The notes: a model not told the origin generated them from the letters alone. A stretch of 64,000 bases of DNA from Podarcis pityusensis (GCA_964106645.2 OZ067038.1), one strand, 5' to 3'. Counted from the first letter of the stretch, positions 13,422 to 28,200 are shown. A program made the numbers and translations.

Positions 13422-14512
13422 GTACGTATTCTTCAACACTTTGAGAAAGATACCCTTTTGGAAGCTTACCCTGTTTTGCAAAGCTAGGAACCAGCATTGA
13501 GGCCAAGTGTTCCTCTCCTCCGGCATCACACACTGGATCTGGTGGGTAGACCCTGGCTTATTATTTAACAGTAAGCTACAGTTCCCTGGTTCAGACATAA
13601 CAAGAACAAGCCAGGATCTTCATGCTGAAACCAGTGTGCCCTGAGATAGAGCAGACGAGGGACATGGAGAGGAATGCTCAGTCCCAATGCTCATTCATAG
13701 CTTCATATATAATTGATTATGAAGTGTCAAACAATTTGCAGGAGTGGGCTAATGTGTGGCAAGAACAGGTGCTGAGCTATGTAGGAGGAAAATAACTGTG
13801 CTATAGATTTTAACATGAGAAATATTGGGCAGCCCTGGCCTACCTGCTTATGCAGGCTGGAGACATGTTCTGTGCGATGACACTCCCCACTCATCTGCTC
13901 AGACCTACAATGTCTAGCATGGTTCCCCATGGGGATCTTTCCAGTTGTGCCAAGCATTTCTACACCAGGAATAAGACAGTTCAGAAATATCTAGTCCCAA
14001 CTTTGAAACTCACGCTCTACGTGATATTATGCTAAGTATTACAGCCAGGCATGTGTGGCCTGCTATGTGGATAAGGTAACCAAAGCTCAGTAACTTGCAT
14101 TCACCTACCATGAAATGTGACTAATTCTGTACTAAAAGAAGAGTTGCTACTGAATGTCTCATAAAGAAAAAAATCAAAGTGGATTTGAAAGGTCCTGCTC
14201 AGCTGAAACATCTATAGCAAGGATAGGGAACACATGAGTTGTTGGTCTCCACAACGTCCATCAGTCCCACCCAGAACACACAGTGGTCAGGGATTATGGG
14301 AACTGAATCAAGTCTGTAGGAATTTCAAGGGGAAGTGAAATAATTTCTTTAAGATTATTGAAATGTCAGAGGTTGAGGTTTGCACATCTGTAATCTACTG
14401 ACAGATTTTACACTCAGCAACATTTGAGATGAATTTGGAGGGTCCTTTTTTCTGTGAAATATATGAAAGCATTTTTCATTATCCAGCACCTGCTTCTACT
14501 AGGTGGTTGTGA

Positions 14513-14761
<249 letters not shown>

Positions 14762-15498
14762 TAACAGGGACTGAGTAGCTTTAAGTAGGCCAAAGTAGTG
14801 GACTGTGCAGTTCTTCAGGCAGTACTTTGTTGAATGGTAATTGAACCTTTATAGGAAGTTTTCCTCAAACATTAATTTCAGCTATCTAATAAGTCAGCTA
14901 TTTGCAAAAGGTTGCAAATCATCACAGGGCACCAGACTTCTGCCAATGGACAATCAGATCAGTATAACACAATGCAACTTAAAATTTGAAATTCCAGGGT
15001 TCATCTGCTAACATAGATTTGTTTTGATCAAATAACTTCTATGTACTAAGTACAAGTTTAAGACAAATCCAGAATTTTTAAGGTGGCCAGTACCATAGGT
15101 AACGGAAACATTTATATTTCGATTTTTAGAAAATCTCAGTTCCTAATTTAATTATTTCTAAGCACCTCATCTTACATATTGTGCAAGATATATTTCTGTG
15201 GCAAAAAGGGCTTTTAAATAGACACCGAAATATGTCAGTGGGCACTATAGATAAAATTTTCAAAAGGACACACATTTAATTAATAGGAAAGACAATCATG
15301 ATTTTCTTGTAGATTTTTTTCTACTAGTCTAACATATTCTGTTATACTTTTTATTGTTCCTTTCATTTGCAGTACATTTCTAATTGGAGGGGACAGGCAT
15401 AAAGTATTCATTTATTCTGTGAAAGTTGAATCGGAAATGGTGCAAGTACAACTCTTGATCATCTTGCCTTTCCCCCCTCTTGGTGTTTATTTTCACAG

Positions 15499-15588
15499 GC
15501 AGATAAATTTCAGATGTATGTTACCTACTGTAAAAATAAGCCTGACTCCAGCCAGCTAATCCTAGAACATGCAGGAACATTCTTCGAC
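15499..15588 (+). CDS. KALRN: KALRN coding exon, DH1 ([30 protein letters not shown])
   Basis: ttcacag|GCA ... GAC|gtaagc; 90 nt, phase 0/0. Confidence 0.96.
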
Positions 15589-18223
15589 GTAAGCGTTTAT
15601 TGTTTTTCTATGTCAGATTAGACAATAACATGTGCTGTTCTTTGCTGTTGCAATGGCCATCCAGTTTGGAGGCTTGTTGGTTATATGAGAGTTTTTTGCA
15701 CTTGTGGTATTAGACACCATGCAGCAGAGACTTGATGGCTGCCTCAGTTTCCCTCTCATCTCATTTTCTCCTGGCTGCCACTGAAAAATTAGAACTGCAC
15801 TGGCCCAGTTCACAAATAGCACTAAGCCAAACCATGGCTAAATATAAACATGCAAGTATGTGCATACTTATAGTAAACATTGTGACTGTTTAGCGCCTTC
15901 CCCAGTCCTGCCGCTGCGCTACCTGGAGCTGTGCCATAGTTTGCTTAGCATTGCTGTATGTCTGACCCAGGGCTTGTGGTTTATCTATCTCAGTGGACCC
16001 AATCCAGATGTCTGTGGTGTTTCAGCCTGAGAGCTGATGCAGCAAAACCTTCTGCCCTGGCCAGTTTGTGTGGAAGGACTGTGCAAGTGGTGGTGGTTAT
16101 GCCACTTCATCAAACCCATTGCTATTGGCCAGGAGTTTGGATTAAATCTGCTCTCCTGAAGTCTCCAAAGCCCTGATGCACTAGTGGTACATTTTAATTT
16201 TCCCATACAGCTCTTTGTATCCTGGTCTGATTCCATTAATAGAAGTGTAAATTCAATGGCCAACTCAAATTTGAATGAGAAATTTCAAATTCTAATGGGC
16301 AGTGATTTGGGACTTTTTGCTAAAATTTGGATTGTGCTACGTACATTTTACTAATAGGATTCAAATTTACCCCTAATATTTGAGACTGTGTGTATTAATA
16401 TATATATATAAATTTAAAAGTCTGGGGGAAGAAATGAATATTGCTTAATTTTAAACAATTTTTAGGGCCAAACTAGAGATCTGTGACTGGTTCTGCCTTC
16501 TTTTCAGCAGATAACAGCCACAAGGAACCCATTCCAGATTAGGGCAGCAGCACTGTGGAATGAAGGTTAACTCTTTTTCCAAATGCTGTTTACCCAATGA
16601 AAATCCCCTGTCAACCACTGCTTTCTTTGCTTTGAGCCAAGGCAGTTTTTCAGGAACAAAAAACTAAGAGTGGATAGCCTTTTTTACTGCACAGAACTAC
16701 TCTCAGCTTGGACTCCACTTTGGCTGGGTCCCTGCTCTACTTAGCATAATGGTTAATCTAGTCCTAAATTGAACATCTCAAATTACAAATATCATCCCTT
16801 GGCAGTCTTTCCGCCTAGATGCAGCTGTTAAAGTCTTATATGACTTGCCTCATTACACGCCCTTGATTACATTTTCTCTTTTTAGCTCATTGTTTAGAAC
16901 ATTTTCGAGTGAGTTAAGGAAAAAGAAAGGTGGAGAGAGTATTATTCTTTTTAATTGGGCAGTGTCCCATAGGAGTCTTTTTTAGAATTATCCCTGTCCC
17001 TTTGGTGAATATATGTGTGATAGTTAAATATATGAACCAGCAGGTGGCATTCTTGCCTACTCAAAGGTTTCTGGAAGGGATGTAACATTTCAGCAGATTT
17101 ACATGTTTAACAGGGTATTGACACAGATTAGAACGCATTTGCCTGGCTAAGCTTTTCTAGCCCAGCTGCGTTATGCTGGTTGGAAATATTCTGATAATGC
17201 TTAATACAAAAAAAAGTTGATGTTTCATCCCATTTATGTTTTGCAAATGAGTGGTAGATTTTTCCTTTCTCTTTTTCAGCTTCTAGGCTATAAAATCCCT
17301 TTTCCTGAAAAGCAACAGGAAGAAAAAGAAGCTGCCTTTTTGTGCATTTTGGAGAGTTATCCTGACTGTACTTTGTCATAGCTGCTCACATAGTCATTCA
17401 ATCATGCAAAAAGACTGCAAAATGTTCCTTGCTTGATTTGGTACCTCTTCAGGTGTCATTTTCAGAAGCAGGGCAGCAGAAAATCAGAGATGGGGAACAT
17501 TATGGTGGAAATTAGGTCCTCTGGGAACATTATCAGATATCTTCTTGTCTAATTCTGGACTTATACTTAGAACTGATTTTTATTTTTTTTAGTGTGAGCT
17601 GACAGCAGTCTAAACTAACATTGGCACAAGATGGATAAAAGCCAACAATACTGGGCATAACCCAGGCAAAGTGCACAAAGAGTGGGTTGTGGAGGCCTCC
17701 TTCCACTAAAATTACCTGAATCCAGCCTGCAGGGCATTGTGGCTTCCCCTGCTGTAACCTGGCTGAACCAGAAGACAGCTTACCTGTGCCTTATTTATTT
17801 ATTTACTTAGTAAATTTATGTACCATTCCTCATCTAAAGATCACATATACTGTGTGCCTCCACACACAGCATCCAGTGGCCCAGGTAGGGACCATATCAA
17901 GGATGCAGATTAATCCTGATCAGGATGCAGTTGAGGAGGCTGGGCCATGATGAGAGTGTGTATTTCACAGCAGGGTGAGGGTTACAGTTTGGGGCGGCAT
18001 TGGGTAGGACAACAGTGTGTTTGGGAACCATGTCTGTGTGTCCTGGGATCACTGTCAGTGTACTGCTGCTCTATGTGAGGCCTGATTCCCAGGCCTGGTG
18101 CCAGTGGTCAGACAGATTGGGCACTGGTCAGGAAACCAAGGGGCTCAGCAGGATCCCTCTTCAACCCAGCCCACCTGTGCCTACAGGGCAGCTGGATGCT
18201 CAATTTAGCAGGTGGTGGTACCA

Positions 18224-18263
<40 letters not shown>

Positions 18264-18370
18264 TGAATTTGTATACCACCCTTCATTGGAACATCACAGG
18301 ACAGTTCACAACACAAAAATACAAAATGAGAATACAAAATACATAATACATAATAAAACAAAAACAAACC
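18224..18370 (-). mobile_element. LINE (L2-like) 3' end with expanded (ATT)n tail
   Basis: About 12 ATT units at 18224-18260, then GAATTTGTATACCACCCTTCAT, similar to the 53755 copy. Confidence 0.55.
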
Positions 18371-20918
18371 ATTGATAAGGACTGCATTCATCTGCTCCAT
18401 TCCCAATGAGCCAAAATTCATTCAGGGATTGAATGTGGCTTCACATGCATGTTTCCTTGCCCATCCATGTGAGAGTTGCACTTCCTACACAGGGATAAGG
18501 AATAGTGTCATCTCATTCTGTGCAACTAGGTTCAAAAGCATCAGGGAAACTGAACTAATTAGGGCCCCTTCACTTGTTGCACACAGTTTCTGTATGGAAG
18601 GTACTTACAGTTTGTGTAACAAAACAGGGAAGCGCTCAGTGGGTGGCCTATGAGAAAACATGATCTCTCAGAGAATGATAACTTGGGTCTACTTTGCACA
18701 GTTGAAAGGATTACTGAACTAAACAAAAGAAGCACTATATTAAGGATGGAGAACCAGGGGCCCAGGGGCCACATCCAGCACTCACAGCCTTTCTATTAAT
18801 CCTAGCACCCTCTCCTTCAAGCCCTATACCCTCATCAGCATAGGCCCAAATTCTCATACCAATGCCTGCCAAAGTAAGTCAACAGCCTCCATGCTTGGAA
18901 ACACTTGTATATTCAAAGAAGTGTCTGTGCCTTTCCATTCTTCCTCTGGCATTCTTGCCTGCACTCAGAAGTGCTTGGATGCTCCAGGGAGTTTTCTGCA
19001 GCTCTCGACTTCTTCCAAAAGCACTTGGGTATGTTCAGAGGCACTTGTCCATTACTGCTGCCTCCCACTTATCCCAAAGCAATAATTATCCCAATCAGAG
19101 TTGTTTCATGTCCCTCAGTCACAACCAACATAAGCAAAATCAGACTTCAGATTTCTCTCTCACACACCGCCCTGTTGTTGTTAGATTGATTGAAAGAAAG
19201 CTTTCTGTTGTCATTGTCCCACTGGGGACAGAGAGCCCAGCTTGATATAAAAGACAAATAGCATAGGGCTACTTGAAAAAGCGAGAGATAATACACAGAG
19301 TTGGGGGGGCAGAGAGACACAGAGACTGAGATGAAGAGGGTGGAAGGGAAGGAGAGCAAAACTCCTGTCGCCCTGAACTGTAGGAAGGAGTAGCCTGATA
19401 AGATGAATCTGGAGAATCTGGAACAGGGAAAGCTGAATGTTATACAAAAGCATGCACCCAAATGTGTATTTGTGTGGAAGGATGGGTGTGAAAGGGATGT
19501 AAATAGGGTGTGTATGTGGTTCCACCCCCACCTACTTTTGCTTTATTCCCTCCTGCTGGCATGTGGCCTCCAGATGTTTACCCATGGGGAATGCGGCCCT
19601 TGAGCTGAAAGCTTTCTCCTGCACATGCACTGTATGCTATATGTAACCCTATATGCAATTGAAATTAATAAGAAACCCATGTATAGATTGTAACTTGTGA
19701 CTACATGCAAGTCTTTCATTATCCATGCCACATGCTCTGAGAAGCCATGGCCAACTAAGTTTTCTCAGTGTGAGGAGAAACTGTTTATCAGAAGTTACGA
19801 TCGACACACTAGTTTTTGTACATATCCTTATAGTAATTCTTACAGTAATTGACTGCTGAAATGGGAATCAGTCATGGGGCAAAACAGAGCATCATTCACT
19901 AAAGCATTACGTTGTGCCTTGGAAATGAAGCAGAGCTGACTGTCTTTACTCAGCAACTCTCTTAACACATAGGTGGATTCTTGCTGCTTCCTGATTTCCA
20001 GACTGGAACTATACAATATCAAAGTTGCGCCTTCCTCTGAGAGCAGCTGCTGCTCGTTCTTGCTACATGCACTGCAGTAGCTCAAATTGTAGGGGTCCAG
20101 AGTGGGCCTGGCCTCGTTACCTTTTGTAATCACCCCTTAAGAACATGGTTTTGCTAAAATAGGAGAGGGGGAGTCAGGAGTTAGGCCTTATTGATTTCAT
20201 AACAAACTCCCTTGTCCTGCTCTGTCATAACTTGAGCAGTGCCAAACACTTTTGTTTCGGGAAATTTTAAATTGTGTCACTGCACATCTTTGTTTAGATA
20301 CACTACACAGAAACAAAGCACTTCAGTTTGGAGCAATTTGAAGAAGACAGGGAGAACTCTCCTATGTCTACAGATTGTGGTGAGAATCAGGAAGATTTAA
20401 CTGGCTTTCTCTTGTTTGCTGAACAGAAAAGGAACAATACATATTATGCCCCATTAATTTTGTTGGGGCTGTATTTCACTCAGATTTAGTAAACCATGCT
20501 CAAAGGGTTCCTGCAAGTTAAAAAGCAATCGAAATTTCCATATGTAGAAGGGGCTTAGTGATTCCCCCACCATCCCTGCCAAAATATTAAAATTGATCTT
20601 GGCTTTAATGTTAATTATCAAGAAAAAGTCACCTTTTTATGGGAGTAAAGATCTGTTTAAAACAAACCATTTATTATTTTACTGGGAAAGCCTTAACTGA
20701 CATATTTGTATTGAACGGTCTCTCTCAATGACCACAAGAAATGTTATAAAATTTCTCTGTGGATATACTGTTATCCATCAGGTAACCACATAATAATCAT
20801 CTATTTAAAAAAAACTGGTCAGCCCAGGTATTGTGCAGCTAAAATTGATTATGTGTGGCTGCTTTTCAAACTGACTAAGTCTAGGAACTTTTTCATCATG
20901 TTCTATTTATATGTTTAA

Positions 20919-21053
<135 letters not shown>

Positions 21054-21259
21054 TGATTTGTTTCTTCTCTTATGATACTTATTTGCATATGCCTTTATTT
21101 AACTGATGGTACACTAACTGAGAGGAATGTGAATCCCACACCAGCTCAGATTGAGTAATCTAACTTAGATTTCATTTACAAGGTATATTGTGATACTAGA
21201 TAGCAGGCTTGGAGAATCATTAAGTTTTTCATTGTTATAATAATATATGTTGCGTTTCT

Positions 21260-21520
21260 TCCTTGTCCTCTCCTGGTCCTGCTTCTGTTGTGCTACCCAG
21301 GGCTAAGCAACGGTTTGGCTTAGCATCACATCTGAACCTGAGGATGTGGTTTGTTTCCTCTAAACAAAGCATGAGTTGTAAATCAAGAGCAAACCATAGT
21401 TGTGGCTCATGGTTTGTCTGTAGTAAGACAAACGGCAAGCCTGGGTTTGGCTATACTGCTAAGCCAAACCATAGCTTTACCCCAGGTAATGTGGCAGCAG
21501 CAGAACTGGAGGAGGAGCAT
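21260..21520. repeat. Palindromic interspersed repeat; related copy near 15800-15990
   Basis: Perfect 14-bp inverted pair GGTTTGGCTTAGCA (21312-21325) / TGCTAAGCCAAACC (21457-21470) within longer imperfect arms. Confidence 0.55.
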
Positions 21521-21878
21521 AGCAGTCACTATAATCTCTCCAGGAACCCACATGTTTGCTCGTCTGCAAGTCACTATCAAAATGGCATGGGTCACATGCA
21601 GAGTCACTGGGTGGAGCTCAAAGATGGTTGGGTCACAAAGGAGAAAACGGGCTGAAGCAATATTGTGATAATAATACCCAGTACTGAACTTAACTTTAAT
21701 ATTCAGTAAAGTGGAGAATGAGTGTTTGTTATTGATGTTATATCAACATTATCTACATCTGACAAGATACATACTCATCCAGGTGCCTAATACCTTGATT
21801 TGAATGTTCTTATTGACTGCAAATTAAGGAAGCAGCAATCTTTTATGGGGTTCAGTTTTGTTTTCTGTTTCTCTTCAG

Positions 21879-21990
21879 GAGCTTTTAACATGCTGTGAAG
21901 AAGGGAAGGGAGAACTCAAGGATGGTTTGGAAGTGATGCTCAGTGTTCCCAAGAAAGCCAATGATGCCATGCATGTTAGCATGTTGGAAG
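21879..21990 (+). CDS. KALRN: KALRN coding exon, end of DH1 ([37 protein letters not shown])
   Basis: cttcag|GAG ... GAAG|gtaaac; 112 nt, phase 0/1. Confidence 0.96.
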
Positions 21991-22027
21991 GTAAACATAT
22001 TTTGACAGCAGGGAGAGGAATGTTACT

Positions 22028-22080
22028 ACATACATACATACATACATACATACATACGGTACATACACACACACATACAC
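22028..22080. repeat. (CATA)n/(CA)n microsatellite
   Basis: Read directly. Confidence 0.9.
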
Positions 22081-22732
22081 GAATGAATACGCCAGTAAGT
22101 GCAGAAGTGAGCGTTCTTTTGGATGGATAAATAGATAACTGCATTTACAGACACTTGGCTTTACTAACTAACTTTGCAGATTCCTGCTCCCAAAGAAAGA
22201 ATGAAAAAAAGAACTTGAGACTGTCTATAACTTGTGCCACACATTCTTAAAAGTTTTTGTTTTCAACACACAACATACCTCCTTGAAGTTGCCACACTTT
22301 GTCCAAGTTTAACTAGTACCCCATTCCTTTCTCGACACATCTTCACCCACCCCTTTCCCTCTTGTTGCATAATATATATATTTGTTCTGTACAGTAGTTT
22401 TGTACAACTTTAGCAAGTGTGTATTTGCATCAGAGTTCCAAAGGGCCATTGCTTCCTCACCCCATTTATGGAATCCCCCTTTTGGGAAGGAAAAGGGGGT
22501 CTTGGTGGTGGAACTCAAGATTGATATGGCAAGGAGGTCAGACACAATCTCAGACTTGCACAGAATTTCATGGCATTTATAGATATGGCACATATGTCCT
22601 CTTCCCTTACTTTTGGTAATTCTTTAGAGAGCAAGTTTCATTTCTCAGTCTCTGTCTTATCAGTTTGTCTAAAACCAACTTCATTTCATGATCTTTATGT
22701 TTTTCATTTGATCTGATTTGTTTTATATGTAG

Positions 22733-22923
22733 GATTTGATGAAAATCTGGATGTTCAGGGAGAACTGATCCTTCAAGATTCCTTTCAAGTGTGGGACCCC
22801 AAATCTCTCATCCGGAAGGGTCGTGAGAGACATTTGTTTCTCTTTGAAATTTCTCTTGTTTTCAGCAAAGAGATCAAAGATTCTGCAGGGCACACTAAAT
22901 ATGTTTACAAGAACAAATTACTG
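22733..22923 (+). CDS. KALRN: KALRN coding exon, PH1 (GFDENLDVQGELILQDSFQVWDPK...YVYKNKLL)
   Basis: atatgtag|GA ... CTG|gtatgt; 191 nt, phase 1/0. Confidence 0.96.
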
Positions 22924-23231
22924 GTATGTTTGCTGAGACTGGGATGAATGTTTGTATGGGCTTATTTTTTAAGTATGAAGGGCGGGGAATTAAGGTGTGC
23001 ATGTCTTTGTACCAAATTTGGAAGATGCTAGCAGTTTGGTGCCACATCCCATGAGGATTAGCTTTATTCTACTTTACTTGGGAAGCAATGTACAGAGGAT
23101 ACCTGAAAAGGCTTAACACTATTCAATAAAGTTACATTCGTTGCAGTATGATACTAGATGTGAGTTTCTTCCTAGCCTCAGTTCTAAATCTGTAGAAAAT
23201 GTGTTTCCCAACCATCTCTCTTTCCTAACAG

Positions 23232-23333
23232 ACCTCAGAGCTGGGAGTGACAGAGCATGTGGAAGGAGATCCGTGCAAATTTGCCTTGTGGTCTGGACGG
23301 ACTCCCTCCTCAGATAACAAAACAGTGCTGAAA
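23232..23333 (+). CDS. KALRN: KALRN coding exon, PH1 (TSELGVTEHVEGDPCKFALWSGRTPSSDNKTVLK)
   Basis: ctaacag|ACC ... AAA|gtgagt; 102 nt, phase 0/0. Confidence 0.96.
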
Positions 23334-23813
23334 GTGAGTCTCCAAGTTTATTTTCTGTGTCTTCATCTCATTGTTCTACCTCAGCAGCCATATGTTGTTA
23401 GATAAATCTAGCTCTGTGGTACAGCTGGCAGTTTGATATTGAGTTTGATGTAGAATAGAGTCCAGTTCTTCAGACTGTGGTTCCTTAGCAGTTCTGTACT
23501 TCCACAGCTGGGAGTCTGCATACCTATACAGTCCACCTGATGATGTTGCATTCATAATGATGTAGCAGCTGAACTGGCCTTGAGGTAGGAGTTAGGATGC
23601 TGTGCCCATATGATTTAGCCACCTTGGGTCCTGTGCTGTGATGGGGATGCAGATCCTGCCAAACACAATGGCTCCTGTTCACCCACTCTCCCCATTTCAG
23701 GGCTTTCTACCAGCAAGCAATTGGGTTACTCCCCCCCCCCCTGCCAAGCTACTTATCACCAATTGGCCTAAAAGTTTCCCTCATGTCTCCCCAAGAACAA
23801 CTTAAAGTAGCAT

Positions 23814-24157
23814 AAAGTTAAAGGACCCCTGACTATTAGGTCCAGTCGTGGGTGACTCTGGGGTTGTGGCGTTCTTCTCACTTTATTGGTCAAGGGAGCC
23901 AGCATACAACTTCCGGGTCATGTGGCCAGCATGACTAAGCTGCTTCTGGCGAACCAGAGCAGCGCATGGAAACGCCGTTTACCTTCCCGCCAGAGCGGTA
24001 CCTATTTATCTACTTGCACTTCGTGCTTTCGAACTGCTAGGTTGGCAAGAGCTGGGACAGAGCAACGGGCGCTCACCCCATTGCAGGGATTCGAACTGCC
24101 GACCTTCTGATCGGCAAGTCCTAGGCTCTGTGGTTTAACCCACAGCGCCACCCGCAT
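23814..24157 (-). mobile_element. Sauria SINE, near full length
   Basis: Reverse complement of GCGGGTGGCGCTGTGGGTTAAACC...GGTTCGAATCCC (tRNA-derived head) through the ACCTTT-type tail; homologous to the copy at 44667. Confidence 0.9.
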
Positions 24158-25383
24158 AGAACTTGGCTTAAGACATGCATGGTGAATAATCAGAGATAAC
24201 AAGGTTTTAATGAAGCGTAGATAAAAGTGTACTAAAGTGATACAATAATTTCTTAAGAAAAGGGTTTTACATGGAAAGGTTATAGAAAAACAAACAACCC
24301 ACAAATGGAGCAAAAAACAACAACAAACTAATCATGAAGGCTTACACACAAATTCCACACACTCTCTAGTCACATTCCTTAAGGCTACAGATTTAGGACC
24401 ATCTTGCAATATTGATCTGCCTCTCTAAGGATTTCCTGGGTACTTGTAACCTGAAAGTTCATTTGATTTACAAATCAAACAACACACCTTTCAAAGGCTT
24501 GAAAGAGAATGGTGGCCCTTGTCCTTGATAGACAACATACTTTCCTAACTAAAACAAGGCACCTAGCGAGTTAATTTTTTTTTTAAAAAAAGTAAGGTCT
24601 AGAAGGTTGATAGGAAATTAAATCATGCCCAAGCATTGCTAGGAAAAGTCCATGTGGTCCAATTGAATGCAGATCAGGTACAAATTAGCAGATTCATGAG
24701 ACTGAAGTAGTCTGCAGGGGGGGTTTTAAAATTGGTTTTTATTAAAGATTTTCTTATGTTAAAAAACAAACACATAAACAAGGAAGAAGACATATAGCGT
24801 CTCCATTTTCAATTCATAGAGTCTTTTTCATAGTTGGTTTATGTTCAGTATGAGACACTATTGTTATAGACATGCAGTTGTGGGGGGAGAGAGGGGGGAG
24901 GGGGAAATGGTCTGTGGTGTTGACGTGGTGTGACGTAAGGAATGTATTTGCTATTCATTGCTTATAACAGAAGAGAATCAAGTTCACTGAAAGTTCCTTT
25001 ATAGTATTCCCCCCCCCCCCCCGCCCCTTAACTACTGCCCAGTCTCTCTGGATTGTTTTGACTCTAACGATTTTTTCACCACCTGAACAAGCTGGTCATT
25101 TTTGCTGATTGATTTTGTTTTAACAAGGACCTTGTAGCATAGAGAAATCCTGGTGATGGAACAACATCCTATTTCCCCCTCTGTCAGGCATATTGTATTT
25201 CATGTACTACACACATATATCTGGTTTTTGCTAAAGCAGCTGGTCAGGTGCTTTTGACACTTGAACTACTTATGATTTACCCAGGCAGATTGTTCTCTAA
25301 TGAAGGACAAAGGAATGGAAGAAACTGTAACAAAGCACTAGAACACAAAGCCATACTTCTGCTTTCTCTGTTGAATTCTTTAG

Positions 25384-25526
25384 GCATCCAATATTGAAAC
25401 AAAACAAGAGTGGATAAAAAATATTCGGGAAGTGATTCAGGAAAGGATGATACACTTAAAGGGAGCCTTGAAAGAGCCAATACAGCTCCCCAAAACTCCA
25501 GCAAAGCAAAGAAACAACAGTAAGAG
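25384..25526 (+). CDS. KALRN: KALRN coding exon, end of PH1 (ASNIETKQEWIKNIREVIQERMIHLKG...QRNNSK)
   Basis: tctttag|GCA ... AG|gtaatc; 143 nt, phase 0/2. Confidence 0.96.
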
Positions 25527-26551
25527 GTAATCTTAGTAATTCCTTGGAATAGCCATGATTTTTAATCACTTGATGCTCTGCTTAAGGTAATTGGTTTGCT
25601 ATGCAAGGGCTTTGTGAAGATTTGTCAATGTGGGAGTAATTGTATAAATAGTTGTTTCAGTGAATATCAACAGCACAATAAACTTTGTCTACAGGGATCA
25701 GTTTCTCCCATAGCCATAGCCTTGGATCCAGCAGAAATCAGGCATGGCTCTGTCTCTCAGCTGCCCAGCTGGTTCCTTGCTTCTAGTTCACACTCCTCTG
25801 GCCTTTGTCTTTCTAACTAACAGTTATATGTGGGAGCCCCCCACCCTGACCCATTTTACCTCTAGCTTGGAGCCACTTCCTTTGTTAACCTTAGCAACCC
25901 ATACTTAGCCGGCCATTACCAAGAAACTTGCCTGGCTATTCCAGCAATTGAATCCTTTTTGGATCCAGGAATTAGAAGGGCCTCAGGCATATAACCTGCC
26001 CCCTGCTACATACCCAAAAAAATCACAATAGTATGACTTACAGAGAGAACATTTGAATGGAAAGGTAGGAAATACTCCAAACTCTTGTAAAATGGAGGAA
26101 ATATATAAATGGAGGGGAAGGGTATCAGTACATTAATGTTTTGTACGTTTTTCCTTAAAGATTGTTATGATTTCTTAATTCAAACTACTAAAAATGCAAA
26201 GACTGAGAAATGACACTTGGCAATTGGCGTCCGTTTTCCAAAACAGCAAGGCTATAATCTAGATAGCTTGGTTTGGTTATGTGAGAAATCCAAGCAGAAT
26301 GGGCTATGGGCAGGCCACCCTCATTACAGAGCTATTTTAAGAAACCTTGCTGTCACCATATAAGCCCAGGATAGTCAATTTCCAAGAGCAAACATGGTTA
26401 TTATGTGCTAGCTTCATGGTAGAGGTGACATCATTCTAAATTACAGATTGAGTTGTAACACAAATGTGATCGGCTGAGCAACTGACTCTTCACACACTAG
26501 CAGAGCAGTTTTCAAATCCATTGACGAAATTTTCTGGTTCTTTCCCCGCAG

Positions 26552-26654
26552 AGAGGGAGGAGAAGATGCCGACAGCCAAGGAGATGGGAGCAGTCAGCCA
26601 GACACAATTTCAATTGCATCCAGAACTTCTCAAAATACAGTGGACAGTGACAAG
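26552..26654 (+). CDS. KALRN: KALRN coding exon (REGGEDADSQGDGSSQPDTISIASRTSQNTVDSDK), the isoform branch-point exon
   Basis: ccccgcag|A ... AAG|gtagga; 103 nt, phase 2/0. Confidence 0.96.
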
Positions 26655-26980
26655 GTAGGATTTGTTCTTGAAAATATAGCACTGCTGATTCTACGTAGAA
26701 GAATCTGAAGTATTAAACTGTAGTCAGAGATAAAAATTAAGTGTTCTATCTTTTTGGAACTGCTTAAACTGTCCGTTTACGTGCCATTGCTGCACAGAGT
26801 TCATATCAAGTCATGTCCAACTTTGTCCCTCAGCTGACAGAAGTCTCTTTGATCCTGTGGAGGTTTCCATGAGTCGAAAGGGACAGGAGATGATTTTTGC
26901 AAATTTCCCTTGTGCCGCTTTCCATTCTATTCAAAAACATCCTCTGGAGCAGATTTGAGGGGCACAGAAAATATTACCTC

Positions 26981-27157
26981 CTCCCTCAGGAGGTTGTACA
27001 GTCTCCCTCAGGAGGTTGTGGATTCTCCTTCCTTGGAGGTTTTTAAGCAGAGGTTGGATGGCCATCTGTCATGGATGCTTTAGCTGAGATTCCTGCATTG
27101 CAGGTGGTTGGAATAGATGACCTTTGGGTCCTTTCCAACTCAAAGATTCTATGATTC
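26981..27157 (+). mobile_element. CR1 LINE 3' fragment
   Basis: CCTTGGAGGTTTTTAAGCAGAGGTTGGATGGCC...ATTCCTGCATTGCAG...TTCCAACTC..GATTCTATGATTC tail; local duplication of CTCCCTCAGGAGGTTGT at the 5' junction. Confidence 0.85.
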
Positions 27158-27693
27158 AATGTTTCTGCCTTTCTACTCATAGAAGCTTCAATTGGATCAA
27201 ATTGCCCTTCTCTCATTGAAGAGACACAATTGAATACAACTCATTCTTTGTGAGTGAGAGCATCCTGGAAAAGTAAAACAGCCAGGCTGGATTCACTCCA
27301 TAAACTGGATCCAGGGTTATTTTTTCTTTCTTTCTTGGCACATTGGCATTGTGAATTGCACGTCATCCTTAAGTAGTTATCACCAAGAATTTATGTGATG
27401 CAAATGTAAAAGAGCTGAGTTGCACTCAAATCTGTGGCACCATAACATGGAAAAGACTTTCCTTTCCAAGTAATGTCCATGTGTTACTCCTGCTCTGTAA
27501 TAGCAGGTGGAGGAGGAAGGATGGGCAAGGAGGCAAGGGCTGATTAGCGGGGCCAGCCTGATAGCATAAGCAACCTAAGTAGTCACTTGGGGAAGGAATG
27601 TTTTTAAGGTTGTAAGTAGATTAGTGTGTGATTTGTGATTTGTAGCCCAGAAACTCTTTCAATATTCTGGTGGCCATCAGGGTACTACTTCTG

Positions 27694-27761
27694 GATTCAT
27701 AGAATCATAGAGTTGGAAGAGACCACAAGGGCCACCGAGTCCAACCCCCTGCCAAGCAGGA
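27694..27761 (-). mobile_element. CR1-type 3' tail fragment
   Basis: CATAGAATCATAGAGTTGGAAGAGACC...GTCCAACCCCCTGC. Confidence 0.75.
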
Positions 27762-28200
27762 TTGAGGGAGGCTCTGCTTGCTTCCTCAAAATTTTAAGGC
27801 ACACATTTCAGATTGTACAGCACAATTGCTTGGAGGCATAGACAGATGGGGAATGTGAGCTTGTGGGACCCTGGAAATTGGTGGTGTTAGAAGAGGCCCT
27901 GTCAGGAATTGATAAACCACATATGAAGAGGGCTGCCAGGTCCAGGAACTCAAACGCACTTCAGCAAGAACAGCACAAGACTTTAGTGGGGTGTCCAAGG
28001 TGCAAAACCTGGTAAGGAGTCATTTTGTGGGGTTGAATAGTCTCTATCTTTTCTCTCTTTGACATAGTGGAATGCTTGAAGATGACTGGATTCTGTTTTC
28101 ATTGAATGCATTGTTCAGATCTGGATATTCAGTTGCCATATTAATTTGATTGGGAACAGAAATGCATCTGCTTGGTATTGTTTCCTGATCTTTCAGCGGT

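Noticed and set aside
18742-19627. Possible old hAT transposon and its short ORFs
   Set aside because: Ends only loosely resemble hAT TIRs, with no TSD or transposase motif. Too degraded to call.
21876-21881. NAGNAG (CAGGAG) alternative acceptor
   Set aside because: Distal GAG acceptors are rarely used, and the Glu lies in the conserved DH helix.
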